A stretch of 64,000 bases of DNA, taken from contig NC_045697.1 of assembly GCF_009834535.1 (NCBI RefSeq), positions 83,268,001 through 83,332,000 on the forward strand, read 5' to 3'. Position 1 is the first letter of the stretch, and every line of letters begins with the position of its first letter. The notes under the pieces are model-generated. The model saw nothing but the letters and a program-made list of their open reading frames with translations. It did not search any database and had not been told where the DNA came from. Shown here one piece after another: positions 62,685 to 64,000 of this stretch. Source of the stretch: Camelus ferus. Its lineage: Eukaryota. Made by a program: the position numbers and the translations under genes.

Positions 62685-64000
62685 GTTTCCAGGCCAGCAT
62701 GTAAGAAGCTTGGAAGTTGTCACTCATAACAACAAGTAAAAAGCTAAACAAACTAAAAAGTCAGTACTCTTCTTGGATCCTCCAGAAAGTGAGGTCACTG
62801 GCAAGACTACTCCCCTCAAATTGGAGAAACAGACAGGCAAATACAGAGAATCACAACTTGCTGAAGCAGAAACCTCCACAGAAACCAGTGTTGGGCTACT
62901 TTGATCCAGTACATCATGTCTGGTGATCAAGAAAAATTTACATGGCATATTAAAAGGCAAAAAACACAGTTTGAAGAGACAAAGCAAGCATCAGAACCAG
63001 ACTCAGATTTGGCACGGATGTTGGAATTATTAGACCAGGCATTTAAAGCAACTGTGATTAGAAGCAAAGGTCTTTAACAGACAAAACAGACATAATCCAA
63101 GAACAGATGCATCATGAAAACAGAGACCGAAATTCTAAGAAAGAATCAAAACAAATGCTAGAGATAAAAAGCACTGTAGCAAAACTGAAGAGTGTCTTTG
63201 ATGGGCCCATTAGTAGACTCTACACAGATGAAGAAAGAATATCTGAGCTTGAGGAAGTGTCAATAGAAACTTCCGAAACAGAAAAACAAAGAGAAAAAAA
63301 GACTGGGAATAAAAAGAAAGAAGAGAATATCCAAGAACTGTGGGACAACTACAAAAGTGTAACAGACACCTAGTGAAAATTCTAGGAGGAGAAGAAAGAG
63401 AGAAAAGAACAGAAGAAATATTTGAGCAATCATGACAGAATATTTCAAAATTAATGTTAGACACCAAACTACAGACCCATTTCACCAAGTAGAATAAATG
63501 CAAAAAAACAAAAAATCTAAAAAACTATACTCAGGCATACCATAGTCAAACTGTGGAAAATAAAGCCAGAAGAGAAAAAACTTACCTATAGAGGAGTAAT
63601 GATAATAATTACATCTGAATTCTGCAAATCAATGCAAAAAAGGAGAGTGGAATAAAATATTTGAAGCATTAATAGAAAAACAAAACACTAACCTAGAATT
63701 CTTTACCCTGAAAAATTATCCTTCAAACATGGAGAAATAAAGACTTTCTCAGACAAACAAAAACTGAGGGTATCAGTTGCCAGTAAACCTGACTGCAAGA
63801 AATGTTAAAAGAAGTTCTTCATAGAGAAGGAAAATGATATAGATCAGAAATTTTAAATTACATGATAGCACGAAGAACACTGAAGAAGGAATAAGTAAAG
63901 ATAAAATTAAAACCTCTATTTTTCTTATTTTTAATTCATACAACATTTGTTCAAAATAATAATAGAAACAAAGTATTCAATTATATGTTTATCTATCTGC
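62685..64000 (+). mobile_element. L1MC-type 5' end with decayed ORF1, running off the window
   Basis: ORF 63107-63373 MLEIKSTVAKLKSVFDGPISRLYTDEERISELEE...ENIQELWDNYK is the L1 ORF1p coiled coil; acctagaattctttaccctg...agactttctcagacaaacaaaaactgagg. Confidence 0.85.

Noticed and set aside
1..64000. The short ORFs of 60-130 aa in the supplied track as genes or an operon-like system
   Set aside because: They are low-complexity F/L/I/K-rich translations, many without ATG starts and mostly within TEs; the only recognisable peptides are L1 ORF1/ORF2 relics

Overview
AT-rich mammalian non-coding DNA (intergenic or deep intron), not prokaryotic. I found no host protein-coding exon, RNA gene, CRISPR array or operon that I can support. 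The only ORFs with recognisable protein are LINE-1 relics: ORF2 C-terminus at 39297-39626, 55553-55762 and 49007-50012, and ORF1 at 63107-63373. Roughly half the window is interspersed repeat: ancient L2/MIR, L1M-family LINEs, MaLR/ERV1/ERVL solo LTRs, Tigger and hAT MITEs, and younger L1 3' ends and tRNA-derived SINEs. The younger elements look cetartiodactyl, most likely camelid; this is recall-based inference. Family and subfamily names come from remembered consensus sequences, and ends without TSD/TIR support are approximate. I see no evidence of a new multi-gene biological system. The most interesting structures are retrotransposition products: an L1/non-L1 chimera with a poly(A) tail, a 25-bp L1 stub with a 17-bp TSD, a probable twin-primed inverted L1, tail-less templated patches, and a three-level MER2>LTR>SINE nest. 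Several repeat-poor, motif-dense segments are candidate enhancers.
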